A stretch of DNA of 63,534 bases, counting the filler, from Rhabdomonas costata (Eukaryota): the NCBI GenBank assembly GCA_019059605.1. It is 46 parts of 46 records of this genome, joined end to end, with 100 filler letters (N's around TTAATTAATTAA, not from the genome) between each part and the next. Parts side by side here need not be neighbours in the genome. Positions count along the whole stretch, not along the records: positions 11,071 to 12,354 come from JAHMHO010020693.1; positions 12,455 to 13,738 come from JAHMHO010020694.1; positions 13,839 to 15,122 come from JAHMHO010020695.1; positions 15,223 to 16,506 come from JAHMHO010020696.1; positions 16,607 to 17,890 come from JAHMHO010020697.1; positions 17,991 to 19,274 come from JAHMHO010020698.1; positions 19,375 to 20,658 come from JAHMHO010020699.1; positions 20,759 to 22,034 come from JAHMHO010020700.1; 38 more parts are not named here. One strand, 5' to 3'. Shown in pieces: positions 12,208 through 24,400 of the stretch. The translations under genes were made by a program, and so were the position numbers. How positions within the stretch are numbered: position 1 is the first letter of the stretch; every line of letters starts with the position of its first letter. The notes below the pieces were generated by a model that saw nothing but the letters and a program-made list of their open reading frames with translations, was not told the origin of the DNA and made no database searches.

Positions 12208-13457
12208 AGCATCAGTGTCGCCAAGTTTGTCCCAACATTGACCCACGACGGGATGAGGGGACAAAGATGCAGAATTATTTACCTTTTCAGATCCTTTTTA
12301 TTTTGAGTTCTGTTTCACACTTCCTTCAGACACCTTCATGCCACCCAAAACAAANNNNNNNNNNNNNNNNNNNNNNNNNNNNNNNNNNNNNNNNNNNNTT
12401 AATTAATTAANNNNNNNNNNNNNNNNNNNNNNNNNNNNNNNNNNNNNNNNNNNNTTCTGCTCACGCTTGAGAACCTTCATATATTATGCGATATGTTCGT
12501 AATCGTTTATTTTATGTCCGTTATACGTATTTTTGTACCCCATTTCGTTTTCTTTGGTGAGGAAGATCTCGTGTCTCTGGTATGTTGTTTCTGAAACCCT
12601 ATTGCCAGGTGGATAAGGCATGCCAACGTCGGACTTTTGGTTTTATAAAGCATCGTCTTGGCATCATCCTCATCCCCAAGTTTTTCCTCACAATTTTTCC
12701 AGGAAGCTCCTGGAATACTTCTTTCGCTCTTCGGTGTGCTGTTTTCTTTGAGACTACACGTCACACGACACACATGCCGGACAGGGGTCCTCTGTTTCCT
12801 CCATGTTCACTCTGTTGTCAGCGTTTGTAAGTGACATTTCGACCTCTTTGATGGTTTTGGTGATGCCATCAGAGCTGTATTTTCCCTCTATGTAAAGGTC
12901 TCAGGTATACAGGGATCCATTGCCCATTGGGCCATTTCTTTGAACTGGCAATGACGTTTCTCAGTGGACCCACTGTTACTACTGTTTGTGGCCGGGAAAG
13001 GTTGCAGCTTTACGTTGCAAATTGGTTACGGACGCCCAGCAATGACACCCAATCCCGACAGAGTTCCTCTCAACGCCACATAGCTTTCTTGTTTGTGGGC
13101 AGTGTCTACAGTTGTAATTTGGTTGGTGCCGGTCTCTCTTTTTCCGCTGTCGACGCCTTTATTAGTACCCTTCCAGCAGTGCTTTACCACACACAAATGC
13201 CTTGCAACGCTGCTTTGGAGGTTGCTTTTATTTCTGCAGACCCCAGGCCCCCTTATTCCCCTTCTTTTTTCCTCTCTGCTATTTTCGAGCCGAATTGACA
13301 AAACTCGAAATAAAAAGGGGCTTGAAATGGGCAATAATTCTGAAACTCGGTGCTCCCGTTTCCTCCTTGTCAATTTATAGGCCAACAAGGCGCACGTCCC
13401 GGTGGGGCACTCTGCCATCAAGGTTTCAGACTCACTATTCCCTGTATGGGGGCACTG

Positions 13458-13535
13458 AAACAGAATTTATAGTGTAAAATGCCCTAAAATAGGGCAAAAA
13501 AAAACAGTCAAAATGGGCCATAAATAGGGTAAAAA
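13458..13535 (+). repeat. Second, shorter phased A-tract array
   Basis: gtgtAAAAtgccctAAAAtagggcAAAAAAAAAcagtcAAAAtgggccatAAAtagggtAAAAAcagtc; starts are about 9-14 nt apart. Confidence 0.55.
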
Positions 13536-13939
13536 CAGTCCAGAAGGGGGGGGGACATGACCTGGGGGTCATTGTGACAGTAAAAGCTGACTGTTTTCGA
13601 GAGTCTTTATGAGATCCCTTCATATCAGCGGGGAGACAGGAGCGGGCGAGGTTTTGTGTCCGAGAACGCGAATTATTGTCCATTTTTTCCACAGTGATGG
13701 CCCCTTTTAAATCGAGTTTTCGGACACAAAACCCCACCNNNNNNNNNNNNNNNNNNNNNNNNNNNNNNNNNNNNNNNNNNNNTTAATTAATTAANNNNNN
13801 NNNNNNNNNNNNNNNNNNNNNNNNNNNNNNNNNNNNNNGGTGTTGGGGTATCACTTCTCACACTTGCCCAAGGTGATTCCGGGTCTTCCCGCCTTGGTGG
13901 AACTTCCTAGTTCGCTTTCTCGGTTTGCCGTCCCCATCA

Positions 13940-13986
13940 TGTGTGTGATGTGTGTGTGTGTGGGTGTGTGGGTGTGCGCGCGCGCG
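13940..13986 (+). repeat. (TG)n/(CG)n compound microsatellite
   Basis: Seen directly. Confidence 0.85.
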
Positions 13987-14059
13987 GGACCTGTTTAAGG
14001 CAAGAAGCACAGGGCTCCATTATGGGAGCGCCAAATCGCGCACCCCATGACCCAAGGGC

Positions 14060-14480
14060 TTCCGGCCTTTCACCGGTTGCACAGGCAGGTGACCGTAGAA
14101 TCGCTTCCAATTGGTCCTGCGGGGTGGGAAAGGCGAGATACGATGGAGCTTTGGCGGGGGATCCAAGGACGCCGCCGTTAGGAAGTGCAACATCCAGTTC
14201 ATCGAGAAGGGCTCCCCCACCGCGGGGTCGATTTTTAAGGAATGCCGGGGGCGAGCTGCGAATGGATCAACTTCGAGTAGACACACTTGGAGAGCTCCAA
14301 GTCGGCAGCCCCGGCGCACACGCGCGGCGTCATATTGGATATCAGGACATCAGCATGTCGTGGAGGAGGGCCACTAAGGACTCGCCTTGGGCAAGGGTTG
14401 CTTCCATAGGACACTGTGCTGCTTGATACACAGGTGCAAGCGGGTGGCTGGCGCCACTAGTTGCCTCCGCAGTTATAGCA
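14060..14480 (+). mobile_element. Possible heavily decayed tyrosine recombinase remnant
   Basis: Motifs are recoverable only across frameshifts: GGSKD (SKTD-like), SM-RGGG-AT (HSxRxGGAT-like) and KR-GGW-R..SCLRSY (GxW.S....Y-like), in the expected order. Confidence 0.25.
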
Positions 14481-15604
14481 GTAGGAGCATAGGGTCCGCA
14501 ATAGTCAGGGTACTGGAAGAGGAAGCCGCAACGGATAACGAGGACAATCTGGACGCATATGCGGCAGCTCTCTCCATCCCTCCATCTCCATCCGGGATGG
14601 ACAGAGTAAATGAGCTCGCGTCGTCGGGGTACCCCAGCCAAACGGCCCACCATCCCAAGGTGGTAATTGCAAAAATTAGTTTGCTCAACAAATACACCTG
14701 TGGAATACATCAAGGAATAAAATCCACGGCGAGCATCATCAAGTGGCTCTGAACCCGCTCAGCGGGTACTGGAAAGAGAACTGCTCCTCGTTTGTGTCCA
14801 ACTAGAATACACAACTAAACGGCGAATGCAGCACAATCTGCTGAACCATTTGTGGGAAACCAGATGATGGCATGGACAACATGCGCACAACCACTGCGCA
14901 TATGGGCTCAACTTGTTCTTGTGGAGGCGGGCCTTGGTAGCTAAGGCACCGGTGCAAGCTCTTGCAGTCTATTTAAGGACAGCTGGCGGTGCCATGCATA
15001 GAACACGCATAGAACTACTACTAGGGTAAAACACGCCTAGGTTGGTCCTACGCACACATTGACCGTGGTGCCAATGGCAATATAGAAGCGTCCTACCACC
15101 CTGCTATACCCTACTATGGACCNNNNNNNNNNNNNNNNNNNNNNNNNNNNNNNNNNNNNNNNNNNNTTAATTAATTAANNNNNNNNNNNNNNNNNNNNNN
15201 NNNNNNNNNNNNNNNNNNNNNNAGCACCATTACCGAAGAAAAGACAGTGGGGGATTCCGCGTTCAGATTTCGGTTTTGAAAAGCGCTGGATCTTCGCCAA
15301 CGGTGTACGTTGGGGCGGAACGTGAAAGTGGCTGATACAGATGAGTGGGATGAGTATCTGAGAAGGGGCTTTTCCTTTGTGCCTTTCTGCAGCGAAGAAT
15401 TGTGGGGGGGGGGGACTGCACATCGGATTCTAGGGCTTCCGGGCACCACTTGTGTTGGACGTGAAGACTGAAGGACCCCTGATCTCCTCTCTACCGGTGT
15501 ATTTTTGACACACCCAGCTTCCATCTCAGAATTTTAAATCCCGTTGCCCAAAAAACCCTAGAATGTTCCGCCGCTGCCTGTGTGCCCTGCTTCCGATGAT
15601 GCAG

Positions 15605-16506
15605 GGGCGTATCCTCAGCGTCACGCAGCGCCCTGTACAGGTCAATGACAAGAATAGTGGGGGCAAAATCACCAAGTACATGCACGAGTACGTCCTGGAG
15701 GACGGAAACGTGTACCTGCTGCAGGTAGTGCATCATCTCAAACACAAGTCCTCTCGAACTCGAGATTAGAGAATTGTTTGTTGGGCGTTTGGTGGACCGA
15801 TATCAGTGGTCAGTGGTTTTGGGCGGCACCAATATGTCATAGAGGGCCGCACCCTTGGCTCAGTTTGCCGACTTTGCTTTTTCATCATTGACAGTCGGCA
15901 TCACCGAACCCATTCCAGCACACTTTTCGCCCATGGAGGGGGTGTTGCATTTTTTGCACTGTTCTAACCACAATGATTCGCACCACGTTTCACGTTTGGG
16001 TTTTCTCCTCTCCACCCACTTCATGGGATGCTGCCTCAGAGGCTAAAGCTGGCTGACGAGACGTGTCATCCCCCCACCCTCCATAATCATACATTGGGTG
16101 AGCGTTTCTCGAAATCGTGTTTGCTTTCTTTTTTTACGACGCTGCCTGTTTCTGGCATGTGGCCCTCCCCCCTCGGCGACCTGCTGCTTTGTGTGCCCAC
16201 AGTGGCAGACCAATTCCACTCCCCAGTTCCGAGAGGGAGAGATCGTAAGCTTCTCCTTTCAGTCGGAGCAGTACAAGGGCATGCCCCAGTACCATATCCT
16301 CAAGGGCACCCTCGTGCCTGCTGGCGCCGGAGGGTCCTCCCCCGCTCCCTCTCGGGCGCCTTCTGTGGTCCGGACCCCCTCCTACTCGTCCTCCCGCAGC
16401 CCCCTGTCCTCTGCTGCGCCGACCGCTGCCTCAATCCCAACCCCAATCCCGACTCCAACCTCAATTCCCCGACCCTCTGCTGCACCCACGGAGGCCACCC
16501 CCAAAA
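15605..16506 (+). CDS. OB-fold-like nucleic-acid-binding domain followed by a Pro/Ser/Thr-rich linker; exons 15605-15724 and 16203->16506
   Basis: Phase-0 GT-AG join: GRILSVTQRPVQVNDKNSGGKITKYMHEYVLEDGNVYLLQ/WQTNSTPQFREGEIVSFSFQSEQYKGMPQYHI. The G.I..V, L.DG, W, EG.IV and YKG..Q pattern is typical of OB folds. Confidence 0.6.
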
Positions 16507-16606
16507 NNNNNNNNNNNNNNNNNNNNNNNNNNNNNNNNNNNNNNNNNNNNTTAATTAATTAANNNNNNNNNNNNNNNNNNNNNNNNNNNNNNNNNNNNNN
16601 NNNNNN

Positions 16607-17705
16607 GGGGTTTTGGGTGATTGGTGGAGATCAGTACTTCTCCTACACCGAGGTAGGACGTGCGTTTACCCTCCCTTAGGGCAGACTTTCCCTTTCGTAA
16701 TTTCTTCCTGTCCACTGTGCTCAGTTTCGGGAACCTGAAGCCCGCTGTTTGCAGTGACACTCCAGGGCTCCGGATTTTTCTCAGGTGTACAGCAGCAGTG
16801 ATGGGGTCTGGTGGAGTCGAATCATCCCCACGGGGCTCAACGTGTACAAGGTACCCAGCGCGGTGGCCTCCTTGGGGGGGCTGCTGTGGAGCCTCGGGCA
16901 CGGGTCTTCCTCGGGCGGGATGTCGTGCTACGTCTCCGCGGATGGGCTCAGTGGGGGGCATGCCGGGAGAGAATGCCCGGCGCTCTTTCCTCCTTCGGAG
17001 TGGGCCGAGTTGGCGCCAACCTTGTGACCACGGGGGGCTCCTTCGCGGAGAGCAACAGGGTGTCTGCCACAGCGTACAGCCTTATTGGTGTGCAGCCTCG
17101 TGGGTAGGCCTCCCCCTCCCGTTCCCCGTGTGGGATTGTTTTGCTTGGGTACTTGCGAGGTCTTGTTGTTTTCGTTAGAATTGCTGCGTTGTGCTCGAAA
17201 TGGGCGAATTGGGTTTTCTTCATCTCTTGTCTCCCTCTCCGTCTTCTCTCTCTGCGTCGTTCCAGTACTGCTGCGTGAAGCTGTGGACTTTTCTTCGGGA
17301 ACATCTGGAGCCGTGTATTGGGTTCTCAGTTGTCTGTCCTCACCCTGCGAACTTAGGCAATTAGGGGAAGGGAAACCACGCTTTTTAGGGTTCGCCTCTG
17401 CAGGGCGGCAGCGTCCCTTCCTCACCGTTCTCATTCTGCACCCGTGGGTGTGAATGCTTTTTTTTCGCAGTGCCCATGACGCGTAACTCCTCCCCATTAG
17501 CTGTGGTATAACACCAGCATGTTTTCCTGTCTCACGCTTTCCTCGCCTCGGCAGACCTTCTCTTGCTGGTTTGCATACACAGCGAACCCAGCCATCCGTT
17601 GCCTGAAGTTGAGCTGCCCTGAGGGCTTTGCCTACCGTCCCCTCCAAACGCGAGCGGCCCCATGCCCCGCCCAGGGCTGCATGCTGGACGACTGCTGCGA
17701 ACCTG
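16607..17705 (+). CDS. Kelch-like (WVIGG...VYSSxDGxxW) repeat protein plus a Cys-rich CC module; exons <16607-16652, 16785-17099 (1-nt frameshift near 16945), 17583-17705
   Basis: FWVIGGDQYFSYTE/VYSSSDGVWWSRII...LGGLLWSLG...YVSADG, then in the shifted frame QWGACRERMPGALSSFGVGRVGANLVTTGG...; next a phase 1-1 exon NPAIRCLKLSCPEGFAYRPLQTRAAPCPAQGCMLDDCCEP. All junctions are GT-AG. Confidence 0.7.
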
Positions 17706-18543
17706 GTCCCACGTGCATGTTTTTCTTCGCGTGCGCACGTGGGGTTTCTTGAGCTGCCATCATCCATCGCCAAGGACGCGTCCTTTTTTCGAAGAGTGCG
17801 GAATATTGGGACTTTGAGCCTCGACATGATTGGGGGAGGCGATTGCGTTCAATCATACTCCTTGCTCGGGCGAAGTGAGTTTCCCCTGTTNNNNNNNNNN
17901 NNNNNNNNNNNNNNNNNNNNNNNNNNNNNNNNNNTTAATTAATTAANNNNNNNNNNNNNNNNNNNNNNNNNNNNNNNNNNNNNNNNNNNNGGGGGGGGTG
18001 GGGTCTGGCGCACCCCAGTGGCCAAGTGCTACGGAAACCGCGGCGGAGATCCGGGCAACTGGGTCACCACTTTGTTCAAGGCTTTCCACCGTGTAGCTGG
18101 TCGTTGAAGAGCTCAGTGGTGGCCCTGCAAGAATACACTTGCATTCTGGCCATTGCAAAACCTTCATGGGATTCAATGCAGTGGAGTTTCCTGGCTGACG
18201 CAAAAAGCGCATCGTCTTATCTCCGCACATAGTCTTATCTCCCAGAATTGCTTTTAATTGCATTTTCATTATTACTGTGCACAATGGAGAAAGAGTTGGG
18301 CGGAGAGACAATACTCCCCTGGCGCTGACGCATGTTGGAACTGTGCCGTGATCTTTGTGCAAAAAAAATACTCCCCTTCTGCTTCTATGAAAGATTGTCC
18401 ATTTGCTGCTTGAGTCCTCCGGCGGTTTGTGCTCAAGGTGTATTGTCTTCTTTCCTTGAAAAAAGGCCAAGCCATGCCTACTCTTTGCAAATACGATTCA
18501 TTAACTCCGGGCTCCATATGTGCGCATCCAGCCTTCACAGCGT

Positions 18544-18563
18544 TCTCTCTCTCTCTCTCTCTT
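18544..18563 (+). repeat. (CT)n microsatellite
   Basis: Seen directly. Confidence 0.85.
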
Positions 18564-19374
18564 TATGTGTGTGATGTGTACTTTTCGTTCCCTTCTGCCG
18601 CAAACGTCTTCTTGTCCTGATTATTGCGTGCAGTTTTGGAGACCGTTCTGTGCGCGAGTTCTCTGGCCTTCACCACCGCGGCCTGTTTGTTCAATGTTTT
18701 TTGTTTGCTACTGTTTATTTTATGTTCGTTCACTGAACTGTGCAGTAGTGCAGTGGTGATAAGATGAGCAATTTTGTAACGGGATTTTAGTTTTTGGGGA
18801 AGTTTTGCCATGTGGTACCTGTGTGCCCGGGTCTCAATATTGGGAGTGATTAAAAGTGATCTGTTATTGAAAGTAAAAGCAGTTTTTTGAAAGCAAGACA
18901 CTGCGTCACCACCCAATCGTCACCTCAAGGGGATGACTCTAAACTCCTGGGGTGAGCCAAGATCTGGAAACGTGGAAACCTTGCGTCGACTCAGATGGAC
19001 GCTAAATGGACGCTGGAAGGATTTTGGTGACGTTCGCTTCGGGATTCCACTACTTAAACTCACCAACTTGAATCTCTCCAGTGTGCACAAAGCCAGAAGG
19101 CAGAGGAATGGGCAGGAAAAAGCAACACACCTATTCTATTTTCTGGATCAGGTTCCAAACTCTGTGCTTCCTTTTCCACTTCTTCTGAAGAAGAGGCTGC
19201 ACTCAGTTTGTAGCATAGGCCCACGAGCCATTGGGCAACAGGATCTCCCCGTGTGGCTATGGAGACCAACAACANNNNNNNNNNNNNNNNNNNNNNNNNN
19301 NNNNNNNNNNNNNNNNNNTTAATTAATTAANNNNNNNNNNNNNNNNNNNNNNNNNNNNNNNNNNNNNNNNNNNN

Positions 19375-19468
19375 GGTGAGGCGATGGGGGTGTATATGAC
19401 TCTATTTGAGGTGAGGCGATAGTGGTGTATATGACTTTATTTGAGAGAAGCGATAGGGGGTATATGAC
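19375..19468 (+). repeat. 35-bp minisatellite, ~2.7 diverged copies, cut by the contig start
   Basis: GGTGAGGCGATRGKGGTGTATATGACTYTATTTGA at 19375 and 19410, with a partial third copy from 19445. Confidence 0.85.
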
Positions 19469-20240
19469 AAGCTTGCACGGTTGAAGGAGGCTATCTAGTT
19501 TGATACGGGCGGGAGGAACCCCGGTGTGAAACCAGACGAGCTCCATTGTGGTAGACGCGTCACCCCTCCCGGGAAATTAGACCCTCTCAAGCAAAAGGGT
19601 GCCCTTATTTGAAGAATGTTGTTCGTGCAACTGAAGTTTTTGTGTGTACTTCAAAAGCATCATGGAGCAGGTTAATAATCTGTCATACATATACAAGATG
19701 CATTGTATAAATACCAAAATTGCAGAAATAGCCGACGTCTGCTCTAACGTCTTTCTTGTGTACGACCTATGTCAAAGGAAATATCATCGGTGCCGTGTTT
19801 TTTTTGTGCGGCTTTACTTTCCAGCTTTTTTAGTGTATTAATAATAATTTATCAATCAATTATTAGAATAAATTGATTCCATTTGCTCAGCGTTTACTTT
19901 TGTGTGTGGTGTAAGATGGGAAAGAATGAAAAAGGAACTATCGGAAAGATTCAACACAGATAACTGCATTTTCTGAGAAAAAGAAATTCGGTGAACCAAT
20001 ATAATAACTGCTAAATATAGCATTGCTCACCAAAACATAAATACTGCTTTGCCACCTACCTCATTCTGGATTTACTTTTTTGTGTGCGCGGCACGTGGTC
20101 ACTCTACACTGTGAACGATCCCACCGCCCTGATCCGGCGGTAAGGCAGGCAGGGAACACTATTGGATGCCAACTCCACGTTGGAGCCCCCACGGTGGACG
20201 TCGATTGCAGCGAGCGTTCTGACCACCCAGTTCAAAAAAC

Positions 20241-20400
20241 TCAGTTTCGACGAAGAGTCCTTTCGCCCCTTCCGACGACCCATCGCCTGACTATTGTTCT
20301 TTGTATGCCTACTCCTACCTCACGCATGTCAATTGACACCGGCCATACTACACCCCATTCCGTTTCGCCGCGCATCGTTCCGCCTGAAGACCCCTCGTCC
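20241..20400 (-). mobile_element. Possible decayed tyrosine recombinase C-terminus
   Basis: ...MREVGV..RTIVRRW(G)R.K..ERTLRR resembles the ending M...GV....I.RWGRW.S.....Y, but needs indels to fit. Confidence 0.2.
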
Positions 20401-21060
20401 CTCCGAGCTAAGTGCTCCCACTTGGGGTTCAGAGCCGGTGCGGCCAGTTTGTTTGTGTGTGTGGGCGCATTGCGCGGTGGCTGTTGCTTGGTTGTTGGTG
20501 ACCACTGTGGGCTGACGGGCGCACGCACTTAGCCACGGGTGCTGGGGACGAACCTTTGAACTTTCTTTGGGATGGTCTTCGGCTTCTCTGGAGCTCCTGC
20601 TGACCCACCCGTTCTCTCCGACCAGAACCAGCTGCTCATCTGGCCCCACCACCACCCCNNNNNNNNNNNNNNNNNNNNNNNNNNNNNNNNNNNNNNNNNN
20701 NNTTAATTAATTAANNNNNNNNNNNNNNNNNNNNNNNNNNNNNNNNNNNNNNNNNNNNCTTGTTCCGGGATGACTTCTGACGATTGGTGCTGCCTGGAGA
20801 CCTGCAGAGGAGATAGAAGGGTACCTCCGGAAGGCCCTAGATCGACAAGAGATGATTTTATGTAAGTGATTTGGGCAGGAGAGCTGCGGATCTGTCGACA
20901 AACGCGGCAAGAGCGCTGCAAGAGAAGGTGCTTTGCAAAGGAGAAGATCAGATTAGCACATGTACTGTCAGCGCTGCGCAGATTTCGAGGGATGTGCGCG
21001 GAAAATTCAAAATAATTGTGGTTCCTTGGTTCCTCATTCCTGTGATCCCTCTCTTGACAG

Positions 21061-21165
21061 GAACATCCCAGAAGCCAAGCTGAGCACGTGGCTCATCGCT
21101 GGAGGGCACAACAGGCACTTCACTGGGGAGGTGGTCAACTCGCAGATTCAGGAGATTCTGTACTG
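21061..21165 (+). CDS. Probable internal exon (phase 2-2), weakly LamG/ConA-like
   Basis: ctcttgacag|G AAC ATC...TAC TG|gtactg; NIPEAKLSTWLIAGGHNRHFTGEVVNSQIQEILY. Confidence 0.4.
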
Positions 21166-22348
21166 GTACTGCAGCACGTTGTGTGGGGAGGGCTGCAGCA
21201 CTGCGAAACCCCCCCGTTCTGGCGCCAAATTGTCCAGCCCCCGCTCTTAATGAAAATGGAAACCGAGTGTTTGAACATGAACTCTCTTTGTCAACACTCC
21301 TTCTCGTCATACCGCCACCGCCCGCCCACGTCTGCGCGGCTCCCTGTCTCTTCCTCCCTGTGTCGCGCTTGTTAAGGCGACCTTTTTCTTCGCACACTCC
21401 TCTCTCGAAACTCGCTCTGCTTTCTTTTCTTTCTTTTCATGGTCCTTGCTCCATCACTGAGCATCGAACAACGTGTCTTGCTTGATGTGTCCCGCCATTC
21501 ACTCACCACAGACGATAGCAACAGCGAACACTCAAGAAGGGTATCCAGAGCCCCCTCCAAATTCCTTATTGCATCATCAAGGTTACACCCCAACCAGCCC
21601 ATGATCAGAATTGTCTGATTATAACTCGTGGTACTTCACCACTTACCAAAGGAGGCCTCTATGAAACAGGGTTACATTTTGGCTGAATGCCCGTGAGGAG
21701 GTGAAGCCCTATTTGCGGAGGGTCCCATGTTGAAGCTGTGGAGCATGGCTGGGAAACGAAGAATGATCTTGGCCACGTGCCAGGATCCCAGCAGGGTGCC
21801 ATGCACCCGCTGGCTGCATTGGACTGTGGGGATGAGCGCGTATGCTGATGATTTTGTGGGGGTATTTAGCTCTGACCCGAGTCCAGCAAAACACCACACC
21901 ACCACAAGCAGCAGCAGGTGCAGACAGGAGGACTGAGCACTGTGTGATTGTGCGACCCCACGGTGCCCTTTCTCTCTCATCTCCCCTACCCCCACCTCCC
22001 AAGTGGGCACTGCTTCTGCTCATAACCCCAAACCNNNNNNNNNNNNNNNNNNNNNNNNNNNNNNNNNNNNNNNNNNNNTTAATTAATTAANNNNNNNNNN
22101 NNNNNNNNNNNNNNNNNNNNNNNNNNNNNNNNNNTTTTTGGGGTGAGATGTGGTGCCTCGGAGCCAGGGACGCTTTATCATTTTTGCGTGTTTTGGAATG
22201 GATATTAGGTATCTCATTTTTAGGTGCAACAATTAAGGTGGTGCAGCATAGGGTACAAAAAGGAAGTGGTCTTCATTCCGCGACGGCTTACGGTGTTGGG
22301 TTATCGTTGGATTCGGAGTGTGAGGGCTCGGGGGGGGGGGGTGTTCAG

Positions 22349-22868
22349 TGGATGTACCAGCTGGAGAACGCCGACAAGATGGACCCCTTCAAGGTCTACA
22401 ACGAGGCTGTGCGCGTGTTCATGGCCGCTGACCGCAACCGGGGACTGACTCAGCTTCGGGTTGTGCAACTGAATTTTACCGTTACCCCTTTCCGTATCGC
22501 GCTCCTTGCAATCTTGCGCATCCACAAATACACAATTGGAGTACAAGCGAACGAAGCACAAGCAGAACCTGCCCCGACAGCTTTCTGATTTTGCCAACCT
22601 CTTATTTGACAGTAGAAAACAACGGGTGGCCCTCTCCCCGCTGGCCCACTCCCACTGGCAGTACGAACAAGTTCCCGCGCCAGCGTTGACCATTGGGCAT
22701 TAATGTGAGAAAAGTTTTTTTATTCTGTTAGAATTGTCAAGTTCCTAAAAGAACTGCTGTGTGACCTTATTGCCAGGAGTACATGCAGCAGAACGCGTCG
22801 GATGTGCACGGGACGGAGATGCTTCGGCTGTGCCAGCTGGTGCACGGCGGCTCCATTGCCTCCCCGGC
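22349..22868 (+). CDS. Unknown helical protein, two exons (22349-22459, 22777-~22868)
   Basis: GC3-rich blocks with GT-AG borders join in phase 0: WMYQLENADKMDPFKVYNEAVRVFMAADRNRGLTQLR/EYMQQNASDVHGTEMLRLCQLVHGG. Confidence 0.5.
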
Positions 22869-23671
22869 GTGGCACTTCGGGTGGACCGCCCCGCACTAAG
22901 CCGCACCGCTTCCCCAAATCGTCCCCCACCTGCCGCTCATCTCGTTGCATCTCCTCTTTGTCTATTCATCTTCCATCCATCCTCCTGTGCTGGCACGAGC
23001 AGAACTGCTCCAATTGCTCCTCATTTAAGTCTTGGTCCCTCTCACAAAGGGAAAGGAGGGGAAAGATGCGTTGAAGCCCAGACTGCGGGATGAACAAGAG
23101 AAGGTTCAGATAGTAAGAAGTCACCATTCTGTCCCCAGTCCTCTCCTAGCGCGTTACCAATGCTCATCCCTGCATGACCCATTCTCATGACCCATTCTTC
23201 TTAGCAGGTCATTTTCAGTTTTGTTATCCCTGCATCCCCTCCAGTACCCGACAGGCAACCAGAAGCGGTTCCCTCTTCTTCCCACTTCTCGTCTCTTCAC
23301 TTCAATGCGAACGGCTTGCATGCATCCTCCTTTTCGCCAAACACACAGTGAGGGGCACACCAAGATGAGTTCCTCGTTGCGAGGCAGAAGGGAGAGCAAG
23401 TTGGATTTTACGGAGGAGNNNNNNNNNNNNNNNNNNNNNNNNNNNNNNNNNNNNNNNNNNNNTTAATTAATTAANNNNNNNNNNNNNNNNNNNNNNNNNN
23501 NNNNNNNNNNNNNNNNNNTGTGTGGGTTTGCGGATTGAGGACTTTTCAAACGAGCTATTATTGTGTGCGTGTGTGCGTGAAGCTGTGTGGCAAGGTGCAG
23601 GAGCGGTACCCACACACACAATTCACACAATTCGCACAATTCAGCTGCCCAGCACTCCCTGGGCTCCATAC

Positions 23672-24400
23672 CCAATGTCCAGCACTCTAAATCCGAAGCG
23701 CAGTGCTGTTCGTTAACCATGGCGCCCACAGAGAGGCAGAAGGGTGCCAACGTTTGGACTGTGTACGTCATCTCTCTCTGCACAAATCTTCTTGTAAAAA
23801 AGATGCAACAGAGAGTGTCGGGCGGTACGGAGGGCTTCAAGAGGGAACTGAATACATCTCGGCGGGTATGCACGCACATGAAGTGGTTCGCAGTGGGTTC
23901 AGGTGTACGAGACACCTGTGCATTGCTCCAGCAGGGCAAGTGCCTCACTCCAGCGCTGCGCGGGAAGCAGAGCGCAGGCCATGTTGAAGCTGATGTCCCA
24001 ATTCTCGCCCTGCGCCTGCGCCCCCGCACCCCAAAAATAGAAGCGCCTTACAGAAGCCCTCCATGCCTTCCAAATGGGGCAAAGCAGAAAAGGCCACGAA
24101 AGGGACAAAAAAATACCCCCCAAAGTACCCCACAACTGGACGTGAGATGCGAAAGGAGGTGGTGAAGGTGACAAGTAAGCTCAAATGCATACCGAAAGGA
24201 CGAAAACACGGAGTAGCTGCAAGGAGAAAACAGGCATTTAAGTAGCCCACAGCATTGGAAACAGCGACGGACGCCCCTCCCTCGTATCCCTGTGCACAGC
24301 AGCCCCGTCACACCTTCGCCAGCTCCTGCGCCCGCCTGGCAACCTCAGGCTCGGCATACACGCAGGAGGCCAGCAGATTACACAGGTACTCGGGCTCAAC
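23672..24400 (-). CDS. Unknown protein, three short exons (24400-24314, 23955-23916, 23758-23672)
   Basis: Three phase-compatible GT-AG exons give one frame: VEPEYLCNLLASCVYAEPEVARRAQELAK/RWSEALALLEQCT/VQTLAPFCLSVGAMVNEQHCASDLECWTL. Confidence 0.55.

Noticed and set aside
16928..17827. 299-aa minus-strand ORF
   Set aside because: It is the antisense shadow of the Kelch/Cys-rich gene and its intron, with no recognisable motifs.
19375..19468. 35-bp repeats as a CRISPR array
   Set aside because: The copies abut with no unique spacers and no cas genes; this is a minisatellite.
22349..22459. Euglenid-type non-conventional intron after an apparent EF-hand start (ADRN)
   Set aside because: A normal phase-0 GT donor at 22460 joins the next exon in frame. 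I found no convincing non-GT/GC-AG intron anywhere in the window.
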